From an uncultured Chloroflexia bacterium (GTDB taxonomy: Bacteria; Chloroflexota; Anaerolineae; Anaerolineales; UBA4823): 64,000 nucleotides of DNA. Location of the stretch: NCBI GenBank assembly GCA_963705155.1, contig CAVPJC010000014.1, positions 136,705 through 200,704 of the forward strand, given 5' to 3'. A program made the translations under genes and the position numbers. Positions within the stretch are counted from its first letter, which is position 1, and the number at the start of each line of letters is the position of its first letter. The notes beneath the pieces are model-generated. The model worked only from the letters and a program-made list of their open reading frames with translations. It was not told the origin of the DNA and did no database searches. Of the stretch, positions 63,101 through 64,000 are shown piece after piece.

Positions 63101-63944
63101 ATTCCGGGTGTCATATGACAGAACATTTGAGCTGAAGCCCGGGTCGGTAGAATACTGCAGTCGATAAACATAGGCGCCGCGCACCGCCGTCCAATGAAAA
63201 GTGGGTGTGAAAGTTGGAAAGGAGTTGTTGGCGGGCTCGAGCTGGATTGGGATGGGATTGTACCCCAGGGTGAAGCTGCGTGTCTGGCTATAAGTGCCAG
63301 AACGGTCTGCTGGATCCAGGGGGATTACCCGCCAGAAATAGCTTCCGTTGGCTAACTTGGCAGGCGGCTGGTAGGTAGTTGTGACTGTTAAGACATTGAT
63401 CAACAGGGTTGTAAATTCAGGCGATGCCGCTACTTGAAAACGATAGTGGGCTGCGCCGATGACATGCTGCCACTTGGAAGACCGGGGCGTCGAAAAATTC
63501 AAGATTTGCCCCGTCCTCGGGGGAAACCAGAACCGGGTAATTCTGGTCGCTGGCCCATTCTCGGGTAAATGACCAGGTATCACTAAACTCTCCAGCCGGG
63601 GCGGGCGTATCTGCGCGCACGCGCCAGAACCACTCCCCATCCGATAAAGTGTTAGCATTAATGGGAGTGAACCTTGTTGCCGGTGTGGTGAATTCCACTC
63701 GAGTCGTAAAGGCTATGTCCTGGCTAAATTGAATGCGGTAGGTAGCTGCCCCTTCAACCGGGCTCCATGAGAACTCAGGGATTGCCAGGGGCGGCATTGC
63801 CAGAGAAGATGGCTCGGCGACTGCCGTGATATTGGCTCCATCGTATGGTGTGATCAAGGATGGCACGTCCAACGCCTGGGCTGGTTGAACACCGACCGGG
63901 GCCAATAAACCCAGGATGATGAGAAAAATCACAAGCTTAGCCAT
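60103..63944 (-). CDS. Large secreted protein (~1270 aa) with tandem Ig/FN3-like YYWRV repeats and C-terminal LPLV motif; several frameshifts
   Basis: Signal peptide MAKLVIF..AQA. About 10 repeats of F.W..V.GA..Y.(I/V)Q.S.DP.F....YYWRV across ORFs 63417-63998, 60809-63658 and 60103-60717. Ends RLMLPLVLGQ. Confidence 0.8.
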
Positions 63945-64000
63945 AAATCTGCTCAATCGAGAATAAATTAGTTCACTTGAATTATTGAACGCTACCATTG

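Noticed and set aside
947-63944. Programmed frameshifting or mass pseudogenisation (paaK-like, asnB, aroF, aroKB, prsW, radical SAM, gldA/G and others)
   Set aside because: Single-base indels are scattered through unrelated, often core genes, frequently at homopolymers, and both halves remain conserved. This is typical of long-read consensus error.
41615-63944. CRISPR array or DNA tandem repeats
   Set aside because: The repeats found are degenerate protein-level motifs inside ORFs. No identical direct repeats with spacers and no cas genes were seen.

Overview
Chromosomal window from a bacterium whose genes look like Chloroflexota (Anaerolineae): PTAVTL- and LPLV-type C-terminal surface motifs, a PDWL-repeat TPR protein and a Chloroflexi-like RpoD. 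The sequence appears to be an error-prone long-read assembly, with many single-base frameshifts and a systematic GANTC->GANTT miscall. Layout: (1) 1-27748, a large surface-glycan locus that combines glycosyltransferases, a WcaJ-type priming transferase, Wzc and an O-antigen ligase-like protein with two acyl-carrier-protein loading modules (ALDH/PaaK-like/ACP/FAAL-like and ACP/AMP-ligase/AsnB/NadE-like), two AT3 acyltransferases, a C-terminally anchored LamG protein and a degenerate SIS-GAF protein; (2) 27921-37112, a complete shikimate/chorismate operon preceded by a sigma70 promoter and an unannotated Phe/Tyr/Trp-rich leader peptide with 1:2, 2:3 and 3:4 attenuator hairpins; (3) tRNA-Arg(CCG), PrsW, a radical SAM pair, ndk, a 1424-aa TPR/PxW-repeat/HhH protein and a K+-independent H+-PPase with its own terminator-containing leader; (4) a GldAFG-like ABC system, rpoD, three GT-C glycosyltransferases, an epimerase and a large secreted repeat protein. 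No CRISPR array, prophage or IS element was seen.
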